NCBI GenBank assembly: GCA_964549075.1
Contig: CAZJUB010000020.1
Coordinates: 1-39,033, forward strand
Length of the DNA stretch: 39,033 nucleotides
Direction of reading: 5' to 3'
Source of the DNA: an uncultured archaeon
Lineage (GTDB): Archaea; Asgardarchaeota; Heimdallarchaeia; Heimdallarchaeales; Heimdallarchaeaceae
The number at the start of each line of letters is the position of its first letter. Within the stretch, counting starts at the first letter, position 1. The notes below the pieces were generated by a model, which worked only from the letters and a program-made list of their open reading frames with translations, did no database searches and was not told the origin of the DNA. The position numbers and the translations under genes were made by a program. This document shows positions 17,436-27,083 of the stretch, piece after piece.

Positions 17436-18221
17436 GTGAATAACATGAAGAAATATGAAGAAGACATTTGTATTAATAAAGGAGATTTTCTGATAGTTAA
17501 AACCAAAGAAATAGAATTTCATAATCCAACAGTGTTTGTCACTTTTCCTACACCAGGAATCGTAGGACCAATTATAGCTAGACAAATGATATCTAGTTTA
17601 GATTTAGAGGAGATAGGATTTTTTAAGTCAAGTGCGTTAAGTCCTGTCACAATTTTCATGGATAACGTGTTAAAACATCCATATTTGTTATATGCTAATA
17701 AAGAGGGAACAATTCTGCTTGTCACAATAGATTACCCAGTTCCTCCAGAAGCTTATTTAGTCGTAGCAGAAGGATTGATCAACTGGATTGAACACGAAGT
17801 TGGAGCAAAGAAGATTGTTTGCTTAGATGGTATTCCAGTTAAAATTAGACCTGAACAAGCTGTTGTTATAACTGCTGCTGAAGAAGAAGTTGTCAATGAT
17901 TTAAAGCAATATGGCACAGAGATGTATGAACATGGCGTGGTTTTGGGATTATCTGGAGCTTTCACTAGTGAAGCTCTACTAAGAGAGATTGTTGGAATAG
18001 TTTTGATGACACCTGCAACCGCTGAACTTCCTGATCCTGAAGCAGCTGTGACTTTAATCAATGTAATGAATAAATACTTCGGATTTAAAATTGAAACAGC
18101 AGAATTGCTTGATCAAGCAGCTAAGATAAAACAACAGTTAGCTATGATTGCTGAGAAACAACAATCAATGCAACAACCTATAGTTCCTATGCCAAAAAGA
18201 ATGCGAGAAGGTTTTGTTTAA
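17436..18221 (+). CDS. PAC2-family proteasome assembly chaperone (PbaA/PbaB-like)
   Basis: FPTPGIVGPIIA, IVCLDG, G.VLGLSG, PDPEAA, and an L..QA..IK..L helix. Confidence 0.9.
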   Translation: MNNMKKYEEDICINKGDFLIVKTKEIEFHNPTVFVTFPTPGIVGPIIARQMISSLDLEEIGFFKSSALSPVTIFMDNVLKHPYLLYANKEGTILLVTIDYPVPPEAYLVVAEGLINWIEHEVGAKKIVCLDGIPVKIRPEQAVVITAAEEEVVNDLKQYGTEMYEHGVVLGLSGAFTSEALLREIVGIVLMTPATAELPDPEAAVTLINVMNKYFGFKIETAELLDQAAKIKQQLAMIAEKQQSMQQPIVPMPKRMREGFV

Positions 18222-18314
18222 ACCTTCCATTTTTTCTAGAATCATAGTTTTAGGTATTATTTTCTTTAAAGTTCAAAAAATAAAAAAATCAGATTGATTT
18301 TAAATATGAAAATT

Positions 18315-18698
18315 CTACTTTATTGGTTTACCGCAGTTAGAACAAAAAGTAGCGCCAGTTTCTAACTTCATACCACAAGATTCGCAAAACTCTTCTCCTT
18401 GAACAGATTTACTTTTCTTTGATTTAGTTTTTTCTTCTTGTGCTTGTATCCCCTTTATTTCATGTCCTTCTAGAATGTCATAAGTGCTTCTTCTTGTTTT
18501 TGATGTTTCCTGACCTGTTTTCTTCAGAAATGTGAATAAACCTATAATAATAAGGACAACGATTAACACTTCAACTCCCATTAAAATATAGAAGATGATT
18601 TTTCCTGTAACTATTCCCAACACTAAAAGTGCTATGAAAATTAGAACTAAAAATACTAAGACACCATTAATAGATCGACGACCTCTAAAGCGCATCAT
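18315..18698 (-). CDS. Small 2-TM protein with C-terminal zinc ribbon
   Basis: Two TMs, then FCESCG...ATFCSNCG. Confidence 0.85.
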   Translation of the reverse strand: MMRFRGRRSINGVLVFLVLIFIALLVLGIVTGKIIFYILMGVEVLIVVLIIIGLFTFLKKTGQETSKTRRSTYDILEGHEIKGIQAQEEKTKSKKSKSVQGEEFCESCGMKLETGATFCSNCGKPIK

Positions 18699-18786
18699 GT
18701 ATTATAAGAAATAATTCATCAATATAAACTCTCCTTTTTGTTGATAGATAACAAGCTTTATTTTTCGTTAAACCTCTGGTCTTTTG

Positions 18787-19749
18787 ATGAAAGTTTTTGT
18801 TACGAGAAAGATTCCTCAAGCTGGTCTAGATATTTTAGAAAAAGAATGTGAAGTAGATGTTTATGAAGGTGATTCACCAATACCTAGAGATGAATTAATT
18901 AGTAGAGCGACAGGATGTGATGGTCTGCTTCCTCTCCTTACTGATAGCATAGATGAGGAAATAATGGATAAGACCGGAATCAAAGCTATTGCAAATTATG
19001 CTGTAGGATATGATAACATAGATATTGAAGCAGCAACAAAAAGGAAGATTCCTGTAACTAATACTCCTGGTGTTTTAACCCAAGCTACAGCTGATCTAAC
19101 CTTTGCTCTTATTTTAGCTGTCTCTAGAAGAATAGTCGAAGCTGATAATTACCTGAGAGATGGTAAATGGAAAGGTTGGGATCCTATGTTACTTCTTGGA
19201 GGAGATTTCTTCGGAAAAACGCTTGGGATTGTAGGATTAGGACGTATTGGTAAAGCTGTCGCTAAAAGAGCTAAAGGTTTTGGAATGAGGATTATTTATT
19301 TTGATCATAAACAAATGTTAGAAGTGGAAGATGAGCTTGGAATAAGTCGAGTATCCCTTTCAGAATTATTGCATGATTCTGATTATATCACCTTACACAT
19401 CCCTCACACAGAAGACACTCAAGATATGTTTGGAAGAAAGGAATTTGAACAGATGAAACCTTCAGCTTATATCATTAATACATCAAGAGGGAAAGTTATT
19501 AACGAAGAAGAATTAGTAGTTGCACTTCAAAATCACATCATACAGGGTGCTGGATTAGATGTTTTTTATGATGAACCAGAAATTGATCCTCGTTTAGCTC
19601 AATTAGATAATGTAGTTATCGTTCCTCATATTGGTTCAGCTAGTTTAGAAACAAGAACCAATATGGCTATCATTGCTGCAGAAAATCTAATCTCAGCACT
19701 AAAAGGAAAAGTTCCGAAAAATCTTGTCAACCCTGCTATTATTGATTGA
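18787..19749 (+). CDS. gyaR: Glyoxylate reductase / D-glycerate dehydrogenase
   Basis: KVFVTR.IP, AVGYDNID, VTNTPGVLT.ATAD, GLGRIG, INTSRG, AGLDVF..EP, PHIGSA. Confidence 0.92.
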   Translation: MKVFVTRKIPQAGLDILEKECEVDVYEGDSPIPRDELISRATGCDGLLPLLTDSIDEEIMDKTGIKAIANYAVGYDNIDIEAATKRKIPVTNTPGVLTQATADLTFALILAVSRRIVEADNYLRDGKWKGWDPMLLLGGDFFGKTLGIVGLGRIGKAVAKRAKGFGMRIIYFDHKQMLEVEDELGISRVSLSELLHDSDYITLHIPHTEDTQDMFGRKEFEQMKPSAYIINTSRGKVINEEELVVALQNHIIQGAGLDVFYDEPEIDPRLAQLDNVVIVPHIGSASLETRTNMAIIAAENLISALKGKVPKNLVNPAIID

Positions 19750-20767
19750 TTTCTGACGTATCGAATAGTTGGTTTCTGGAGTATTCTTTTTCGTTTATCA
19801 CCAGTTTAGAAAGTGGAAAATAATAATGATCAACTCTTGTATCTGGATAAAATCCAACATGAACCATTCCAATGAATTTATCAGCAACCGTTGCGCAAAA
19901 AGGATCTTTTGCTTTAGGATTAGTACCTATACCTAGTTGAAATAAGCGAACATCTTCTTTTTTAATCATTTCCTGAATATCTTCTCCTACTTTACCTCCT
20001 CCTACACAGTCAATGATTGTGTTATCTTTAATAGTTAATGTTAGTAATTGAGTTAGTTCTTCTTGCCATCCTGGGAAGATATTCAGAGTTCCATTTACTT
20101 TACATTCTTGTTGTCCATAAGGTAATTCAAGAACAATCTCACCAGCTGGGAGATTAGAAAACATACCTGGAGATGAACAAAATCCTGTTTCCCATAGCCA
20201 ATCAATTGGTGAAGAGAATTCAAGTGTTAAATCGCTACCAGCTACATCAAAAAATTCAAGTTTTTTTGCTCCTTGAACGAGATTATACAATCTTGTGGTA
20301 ATTCTTTCTATATCATGAAAGTCAACATCTAAAGGTCCATTAGGATAGAATACATCTATAGGAATAAGAGGAGCTGAAATGTGCCTTATTTTTTTATCGT
20401 CTAAAGGTTTTTTTAAAGATGGAACATCTGTTAGAGAATATTCAGTTAATGTAATCACTAGGTTTGATCCTTGTATCTTCTTATTCATTTCTTTATCATT
20501 TGGGTCTGTGTAGTGGGTATAAGTAGGTTTAATATAATAGAGTTCTGTTGAATCAGGTTTGAATCCTTTTATCATATCAAAAAGTCTTTTAGCTAATAGA
20601 TTTCGCTTAACAATTGATTCAAGAACATCTGTTGGTTTTGTCACAAAATCTTCTGGTGTAGGATAATCGCTTATTATTAGAATTCGCTCGTTTTCTTTCA
20701 CTTTCCAAGCTTCATCTAATAACTTCTTAACAATCGGTTTGATTGATATATCAAGATAGTCTGCCAT
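19739..20767 (-). CDS. M29 (aminopeptidase T-like) family protein with altered metal ligands
   Basis: VKENERILIISD, NLPAGE, LGIGTNP, K..G.VH. Confidence 0.75.
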   Translation of the reverse strand: MADYLDISIKPIVKKLLDEAWKVKENERILIISDYPTPEDFVTKPTDVLESIVKRNLLAKRLFDMIKGFKPDSTELYYIKPTYTHYTDPNDKEMNKKIQGSNLVITLTEYSLTDVPSLKKPLDDKKIRHISAPLIPIDVFYPNGPLDVDFHDIERITTRLYNLVQGAKKLEFFDVAGSDLTLEFSSPIDWLWETGFCSSPGMFSNLPAGEIVLELPYGQQECKVNGTLNIFPGWQEELTQLLTLTIKDNTIIDCVGGGKVGEDIQEMIKKEDVRLFQLGIGTNPKAKDPFCATVADKFIGMVHVGFYPDTRVDHYYFPLSKLVINEKEYSRNQLFDTSEINQ

Positions 20768-20827
20768 TATCCCAAATTCTATATGTTAAAATTAGCTTAA
20801 AAAGATTAGTCTAAAGGACAAATAATT

Positions 20828-21919
20828 TCAGGGATATTTGTGAAAACATCTCAGCATTCTCTTACCAAAGTTTTCTCTAGAAAGACATTTTCTGCAATCA
20901 ATGCATGAAGCTCGCTCTTGACCTTCTTTCAAAAGATTAACAAGATTTGGTTCATTGATGAAGGGTTTACTCATTGCGATTAGATCAACAATATTTTTAT
21001 CAAGTAAGGAATCCATAGTTTTCCTACTTCTAATACCATCAACAATCACAAGAGGTAAATCAGGTAAATTGTCTCTAATTCTTTTTACATGTCCTCCCCA
21101 AGTCGCTTCATTATATCCTGTTTCTACAGCTGCTCTTCCACGCTTTGATCTTATTACTGTTTTTTGTTCAGGCCCACCTCCACTTATCTCAGCAAAAGAT
21201 AAACCTAACTCATTTAACCAACTAAGCACTTGGATAGTATCGTCTATTCTCACTCCTCCTTCTTCTGCAAAATCATCACAATTTATCTTCACACCAATTA
21301 TTGCAGAATTGCCTAATGTAGATCTGATAGATTCATAGATTTTTAGTAACAATAATGCTCTTTTCTTTAAAGTTCCACCATAGTCATCTTCTCTCTTATT
21401 TACAATATCTGATAAAAATTGGTTATTCAAATACCCATGAGCTGAGTGAATTTGAACACCATCAAAACCAGCTTTCATGGCATTTATTGAAGCATTTGTA
21501 AAATCTTTAATAATTTGCTCGATTTCTTCTACTTTCAATTCTCTAGCAACCCATTTTTCGGTTTTGTATTCTGAAGCAGTCACTCTATCAGGTTTTGAGG
21601 TATAACCTCCATGGTTTAGCTGTGCAATTATTTTGGAATCATAAGAATGAACCATTTCTGTCAATTCCATCATCCCTGGGACATGCTTTTCAGAAGACAA
21701 ACCTGATTGCTTAGAATGAGCTTTACCTGACTCGCTTACATAAGAATGCCCTTTAATAATCAAACCAATATTTCCTTTGGCAAGCTTCTTATAATGATCC
21801 ATAATAGGATCAGAGAGAGTGCCATCATCATTAGACCAGTATGAAGTTGTCGCTGACCTTACAAACCTATTTTTCAGTTCCGTATTTCCAATTTTAAAAC
21901 AAGTGAAGAGTTTTGACAT
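20828..21919 (-). CDS. NADH:flavin oxidoreductase (old yellow enzyme family)
   Basis: LKNRFVRSAT, QLNHGG, AGFDGVQIHSAHGYL, NKREDDYGG, C-terminal CIDCRKC..C. Confidence 0.92.
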   Translation of the reverse strand: MSKLFTCFKIGNTELKNRFVRSATTSYWSNDDGTLSDPIMDHYKKLAKGNIGLIIKGHSYVSESGKAHSKQSGLSSEKHVPGMMELTEMVHSYDSKIIAQLNHGGYTSKPDRVTASEYKTEKWVARELKVEEIEQIIKDFTNASINAMKAGFDGVQIHSAHGYLNNQFLSDIVNKREDDYGGTLKKRALLLLKIYESIRSTLGNSAIIGVKINCDDFAEEGGVRIDDTIQVLSWLNELGLSFAEISGGGPEQKTVIRSKRGRAAVETGYNEATWGGHVKRIRDNLPDLPLVIVDGIRSRKTMDSLLDKNIVDLIAMSKPFINEPNLVNLLKEGQERASCIDCRKCLSRENFGKRMLRCFHKYP

Positions 21920-22007
21920 GATGAACTGGAAATTTTAATAGTAAAAAATTTTGTCTTACAATTGGTTACGCTAAAAAAAAGTTATAAACTACTTTACTAA
22001 AATAGTC

Positions 22008-22238
22008 TTGATTTACATGGTATGTGGTTTAGATTTTGATTACCCAAATTGGTTTTACAAGACAACTATAGGTATTGCGATTGCTGGAATACTAATGTTC
22101 GTTGTTTCAATATTTATTTTCTCTTCAGCTGAAGTAGGAACTACGGCTTATGATGTAACTAGATGGTTGTTAGTAGCAGGTGCAATTTTAATTGTCCCTG
22201 CAATAGTTGTATTCTTTACTAGAAGTAGCGAGTATTAA
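22008..22238 (+). CDS. Small 2-TM hypothetical protein (likely start ATG 22017)
   Basis: Two TM helices; fills the gap between flanking genes; TTATAAA at about 21982. Confidence 0.7.
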   Translation: MIYMVCGLDFDYPNWFYKTTIGIAIAGILMFVVSIFIFSSAEVGTTAYDVTRWLLVAGAILIVPAIVVFFTRSSEY

Positions 22239-23242
22239 TACTCATCAATTTTAATGCCACATTTATGGCAAAAAGCCTTATTTTCTTTTAATTTTGTACC
22301 ACAGTTGGGGCAATATAGAGCTACCAAATCATTATCTTTCAAGTCAACCTTAGTTTGATTTTCAGGAGCAATGGTTCTAATAGGATCTATCTTTTTGTAC
22401 CCTGGTGAGCGCTCAGGTTGTGCTTTAGGAGTAACATAAACTGTGCTGGTTTCATGACCAAAATTAAAACCTTCAGGTCCTTCAATTAGGAGTACATTAT
22501 TACTTAAGTGATAAAAACCAACCATTAATCCAACATAACCTAAAACGATAATTACTCCACCTATAATCAACGGAATTATGTTAATTTCTGAACCAGAACT
22601 CAATTCACTTATAGATATGGTTAAAGGAATCATAGCTGCAACTGGTACAATCTGTGAATATAAGAGAAGTCTACTTTCTTTCTTTGGATAAAGATTCTGT
22701 TCTCGAAGAGCTTTAAAAGTTAAACTTAGATTATAATAGGCAGCAACAAGAAGACCAAATGATACAATGCTAGCTATCTCAGAAATATAAGACATACCCA
22801 CTCCAATAAACATACCTACAATCAAACTTGCAATTTGGATTAGAAGTGCATATCTTATGAAACTTCCAGTCTTAATCGCAGGTTTAGCTATACTAGGAAT
22901 CATACGTCCAAGGATAAGGAAACTTCGTCCAAGTCTAAAAAATGCTATCAAATACATAATTCCTGAAACAAGTAAAATTATTAACGCAATTGTTAAAATA
23001 GATAATATTGTCGTATGAGCTTCAAATACTTTAGTTAACGCTATCTGCATTGCCTGTAGATCATCTGTAGGCATAGTAAATATAGGTAGTAGTTCATCTT
23101 TAATACTGTATAATAACGCTACAATCAAAACAAGTGATCCAGCCAAAACTGTTTGTACAATCGCTATCCTTCTTGCATACGTACTAAGTCGATTCTTGAC
23201 CACATGTATAGGAGGTTGTATATTATAATTTGTATTCACCAT
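22235..23242 (-). CDS. ~6-TM membrane protein with C-terminal zinc ribbon
   Basis: ATG at 23242 is preceded by AGGTGA (the track start at 23311 is probably too long); LYPKKE loop; YCPNCG..AFCHKCG. Confidence 0.85.
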   Translation of the reverse strand: MVNTNYNIQPPIHVVKNRLSTYARRIAIVQTVLAGSLVLIVALLYSIKDELLPIFTMPTDDLQAMQIALTKVFEAHTTILSILTIALIILLVSGIMYLIAFFRLGRSFLILGRMIPSIAKPAIKTGSFIRYALLIQIASLIVGMFIGVGMSYISEIASIVSFGLLVAAYYNLSLTFKALREQNLYPKKESRLLLYSQIVPVAAMIPLTISISELSSGSEINIIPLIIGGVIIVLGYVGLMVGFYHLSNNVLLIEGPEGFNFGHETSTVYVTPKAQPERSPGYKKIDPIRTIAPENQTKVDLKDNDLVALYCPNCGTKLKENKAFCHKCGIKIDEY

Positions 23243-23342
23243 TTTCACCTTGGATTCTATGTCATAAAAGAAAGAGTAGTATAAAAAACTAGTTTTTTGA
23301 AAGAATATCAAAAAATCCAGAAAAAGTTAAGATGAGGATTAT

Positions 23343-24245
23343 TCATCTCTCGATCTTTTCTCCACATGTAGAACAAAAAGCATCTTTTACGTTTATTTTG
23401 TTACCACAGTTGGGACAGAATTGAACTTGATTTTGTTTTTGTGATGAATAAGCTACTTGTTGCTGAGGAACTTGATAGGGTTGTTGTACATAAGGTTGGT
23501 AGATGGGTTGTCCTTCTGGTTTAAAAAATTTATATGCTTCTCCATCATCTATGTTGTTTGTTGAGTAATAAAGCAAAAATATACCTACTGCCAAAATTGT
23601 ATAAGAAATCAATGAAAGCCCCGAATCTATATTTAGATAAGTGAGATAATCTATTGACTCAGTTGCAAAGATGATTATAGTTGTTAGTGTTTTAAAGAAA
23701 TAGAAAACTGGTGCAAAAAGTACTACTGGAGTCATTTTTTTAGAAATTAATTTTTCATTGTACATACTGTTGTAAACCTTCACAATAAAAAAGAATCCTG
23801 TAAAATAGAACCCAGTAGCAATTATCAAAATGTAATTTCCTACCCCAAAGACTCTTTCAAATTCAAAAAACCTCGTAATTAGCCCAATTCCTTCAAAACA
23901 AGCTCCAATAATTAGGAAGATACCTGCCAATCTTGCTTTTTCTGCATCTTTTAATGTCATATCACCAATTTTTAGAAAACTTGCTCCTAAAATAACATAA
24001 GATCCTAATAAAGCAATATAAGCAAAAAATGATATTATACCTAATACTATAACTGAACCAAAACCATAAAAGAAGTAGTAGAAGTAGTAACCATAATAAT
24101 AATCTCCAGTTACATTGGTAATAATCACATCTACTATTGTAGTAACTGCTAGAATTATTGCAGTAATAGCCAATCCTAAAGTCCCGGTTGTAATACGTTG
24201 CTTAACGCTTCTCATTGGATTATGAGTAAATACTAGTGCACACAT
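23343..24245 (-). CDS. ~6-TM membrane protein with Q/P/Y-rich linker and zinc ribbon
   Basis: TM series, QPIYQPYVQQPYQVPQQQ, FCPNCG..AFCSTCG. Confidence 0.85.
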   Translation of the reverse strand: MCALVFTHNPMRSVKQRITTGTLGLAITAIILAVTTIVDVIITNVTGDYYYGYYFYYFFYGFGSVIVLGIISFFAYIALLGSYVILGASFLKIGDMTLKDAEKARLAGIFLIIGACFEGIGLITRFFEFERVFGVGNYILIIATGFYFTGFFFIVKVYNSMYNEKLISKKMTPVVLFAPVFYFFKTLTTIIIFATESIDYLTYLNIDSGLSLISYTILAVGIFLLYYSTNNIDDGEAYKFFKPEGQPIYQPYVQQPYQVPQQQVAYSSQKQNQVQFCPNCGNKINVKDAFCSTCGEKIER

Positions 24246-24408
24246 ATCAAAGTTAATTATTAAATAAAATTATTTAAATTTAACTGAACTTTGTTGTTTT
24301 CATCAAAGAAAAGAAGAAGTTTTCTCTTCTTTGGGATACTATAACTCTTATTTCTAGAACACAAAAATTTTATTATCCAGAAACAATACCTAATGAATTG
24401 GTGACAAA

Positions 24409-26154
24409 ATGAGTCAAACTGATGTTGTTCAAGTTCAACCCGTCAAGCTTACTCAGAAACTCGGAAGATATACAAAAGGTCTTATGACCAGTATAGCGAT
24501 CATTTTAGTATCAACTGCATTTGCATATATTGGGCTTCTTGTAGAATTAGATATAATGATGATTGTTGGTTTTGTCATAACTGGTTTAAGTACCATCATT
24601 TTTCTTGTCTTTATGATACTCTTTCTCACAAGTATTGTAAGGTTAGGAAGAATAGATGATAGATATTTTTCATCTACTAAAAGAATATTTGGAGCATTTC
24701 TATTTGGTTTGGTTTTTGCAATCGCAGGAGGAGCAAACACCGCATCCACAGTAGATGAATTCCTCCCTCAATACTTTCTTTCGAGGATATATGGAATAGT
24801 AGCTTTAGTACTATTTGGAATAGCTTTTCTTTCTATCAATAATCTCTTTGAGAAACTAAAACAAGACAAACTCTATCCTAAAGAAGAAAAACGAGAATAT
24901 ACTTTACCAATCTTAGTAGGAATTATTCTTCTAGTAGTCTTGATTGATACTATAGTACGAGCAGTAGTATATGCAGTACTTCTTAATCAAGGTAAATATG
25001 CATACTGGATTTATGATCACTTTGAGATTTATCTCAATTATGCTATCTTAGCAATTATGGTTATTCTTGTAGCTATATTCTGTTACTTCTTGTATGGATT
25101 AGGTGAAGAATGGCTAAAAATAGATGAAGAATTGAATACACAATATTTTAAAATGGGTGGCAAAACATTCAACGACAAACTCAAATCGAATATCATGCAA
25201 ATCTCAAATATATCGATTATAATAGCTTCACTTTCACTTGTATATGTGGTATATTATTTCATAACTTATGTAACTACTGAAGATTTCATACAGCTAATAT
25301 TTGCTGTAGGGATTTTTCTTGGCGTGATGACTATATTCTTAATCATCTACATTATTAGATTAGCTTTGAATTATAACAAGATTGCTCAACTCCATTCTAA
25401 AACTTCTAATTTTGGTATCTTCACAGCTATTTCTTTATCCTTTAGTCCGTTCTTACTAATTGCAGGATTTTTCTCCAATATTGAGTTTTATATTGATTCT
25501 GATTTATATATAATTGCTCGAATATTGCTTCTAGTTGGTGTTTTATTATTTGTTGGAGGATCTATCTTTAACTATATCATTCTTAAAAATCTGAAACTAA
25601 ATAAGGAAGGTTTTGAAGTTAGGAAGAAAGACCTTATTCTACCCATTTCAAGTATCATACTGTTTGTATTACTTCTCGCTGATACTATAGTAAGAAAACT
25701 AGTCTGGATTTTTGCATATGCTAATAATAGTATTGATATCGATCTCTTCAACTCAGAATTTCTTTGGTTTGGTTATATTATGAGTGCACTCTTCTTCTTA
25801 ACAATTATTCCGACTATCTTTGGTATTGTAACCACAAGTAAGGAATATCTAAAGGTAATTCCAGCGTATGGAAAAATACCTTTGAGAATAAAGAAGTCAA
25901 GAATAGACGAAGAAATTCAGTTTTATCAAACTAAACAAGAAATGATCCCATCAGCGAAAGCAGTAGCTTACGAAGCAGCTGAAAAAGGAATAGTTGTCTT
26001 CTGTGGCAGTTGTGGAAAAGAAATCATGCCTAGATATAATTTCTGTGTTTATTGTGGTACTAAAAAAGATTCAAAACTGAAGATATGCCAAAATTGTGGA
26101 GAAGTCTTAGAAAAAGGATTTGTCTTCTGTCCTCGTTGTGGCAAAAAGAAGTAA
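24409..26154 (+). CDS. ~12-TM membrane protein (internal duplication) with double zinc ribbon
   Basis: GGTGA RBS; LP........L...DTIVR..V occurs twice; CGSC/CVYC/CQNC/CPRC at the C-terminus. Confidence 0.88.
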   Translation: MSQTDVVQVQPVKLTQKLGRYTKGLMTSIAIILVSTAFAYIGLLVELDIMMIVGFVITGLSTIIFLVFMILFLTSIVRLGRIDDRYFSSTKRIFGAFLFGLVFAIAGGANTASTVDEFLPQYFLSRIYGIVALVLFGIAFLSINNLFEKLKQDKLYPKEEKREYTLPILVGIILLVVLIDTIVRAVVYAVLLNQGKYAYWIYDHFEIYLNYAILAIMVILVAIFCYFLYGLGEEWLKIDEELNTQYFKMGGKTFNDKLKSNIMQISNISIIIASLSLVYVVYYFITYVTTEDFIQLIFAVGIFLGVMTIFLIIYIIRLALNYNKIAQLHSKTSNFGIFTAISLSFSPFLLIAGFFSNIEFYIDSDLYIIARILLLVGVLLFVGGSIFNYIILKNLKLNKEGFEVRKKDLILPISSIILFVLLLADTIVRKLVWIFAYANNSIDIDLFNSEFLWFGYIMSALFFLTIIPTIFGIVTTSKEYLKVIPAYGKIPLRIKKSRIDEEIQFYQTKQEMIPSAKAVAYEAAEKGIVVFCGSCGKEIMPRYNFCVYCGTKKDSKLKICQNCGEVLEKGFVFCPRCGKKK

Positions 26155-26267
26155 ACATTTTTCTGTACTTCTTTTTCTTTCTTTGTTTTTTTAACAATAA
26201 ATTAATGAATACCATAGATTTCTGTTTAACTATAAAGTTGTTAAAAGAAGAAATGAGAAAGTCGAGT

Positions 26268-27005
26268 TTATTTAAGTTTCTTCTCTCCTTCTTTTATACT
26301 TTTTACTCTAGATCTAAAATAAATCATTGCCGTTATTAATGATCCAAATTCTAAAACTGTAAAGGGAAGTGAGATTCTTAAAATTGTTATGGGTATTATG
26401 GGCTCTTCTCCCAAAGAAAGAACAAATTGTACAACAAACAAGATAAGAATGATAAAACCAAATAACAGAGGGAAAGGTCTTGGATTTTTACCATAGTATC
26501 CAAAATCAAAAAGATAAGTTTCAATTCTATAGAGGAAATAGAAACCTATTATGAAGAGAATAGCAACTAGTATTCTGAGTCCATAGTAATAATCTAGAAA
26601 ATTGAGATAGTCATCATTTGACATCGGTATTACGTACATGAAGATGTGCAAAGTTATTCCCAACAAACTTGCTAAGAATAACGAAATAGAACTAGCATCG
26701 ATTTTTCTTTCAATCTCCTGCAAACTTCTTTTGAAGGAGTTAAGGTGAATTGCTAATAATAGTAATAATAATAATGATACACCATATGCAACAGTAGCAA
26801 TACCTGACTCTACTCTGAAAGCAACAGAGAGTTCATGTTCAAAATACAATCCACTTTTTGCCATAAAATACCAAATTATTATTGAAGCTACAAAGAAAAG
26901 TAGGTTGACAATATTGAGAATTACTAACATTGTAGTATCTAGAATAAGTTTTTTTCTTGTCGATGTCATTTCCTCAAGATTATACTCTGCGAGTGTCATT
27001 TTCAC
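26268..27005 (-). CDS. ~6-TM hypothetical membrane protein
   Basis: TM pattern like its neighbours; no zinc ribbon. Confidence 0.8.
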   Translation of the reverse strand: MKMTLAEYNLEEMTSTRKKLILDTTMLVILNIVNLLFFVASIIIWYFMAKSGLYFEHELSVAFRVESGIATVAYGVSLLLLLLLAIHLNSFKRSLQEIERKIDASSISLFLASLLGITLHIFMYVIPMSNDDYLNFLDYYYGLRILVAILFIIGFYFLYRIETYLFDFGYYGKNPRPFPLLFGFIILILFVVQFVLSLGEEPIIPITILRISLPFTVLEFGSLITAMIYFRSRVKSIKEGEKKLK

Positions 27006-27083
27006 ATAAAACTTGTTGTAAGGTCATTTAAATGTAGGTTATTACCAAAAACTCAGAGTTGTGTAAAACCAACAGGAGAGAAT

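Noticed and set aside
11073-21338. Short track ORFs 11073, 11804, 12831, 14348, 14940, 16825, 17519, 17753, 20955
   Set aside because: Nested antisense or out-of-frame ORFs inside better-supported genes.
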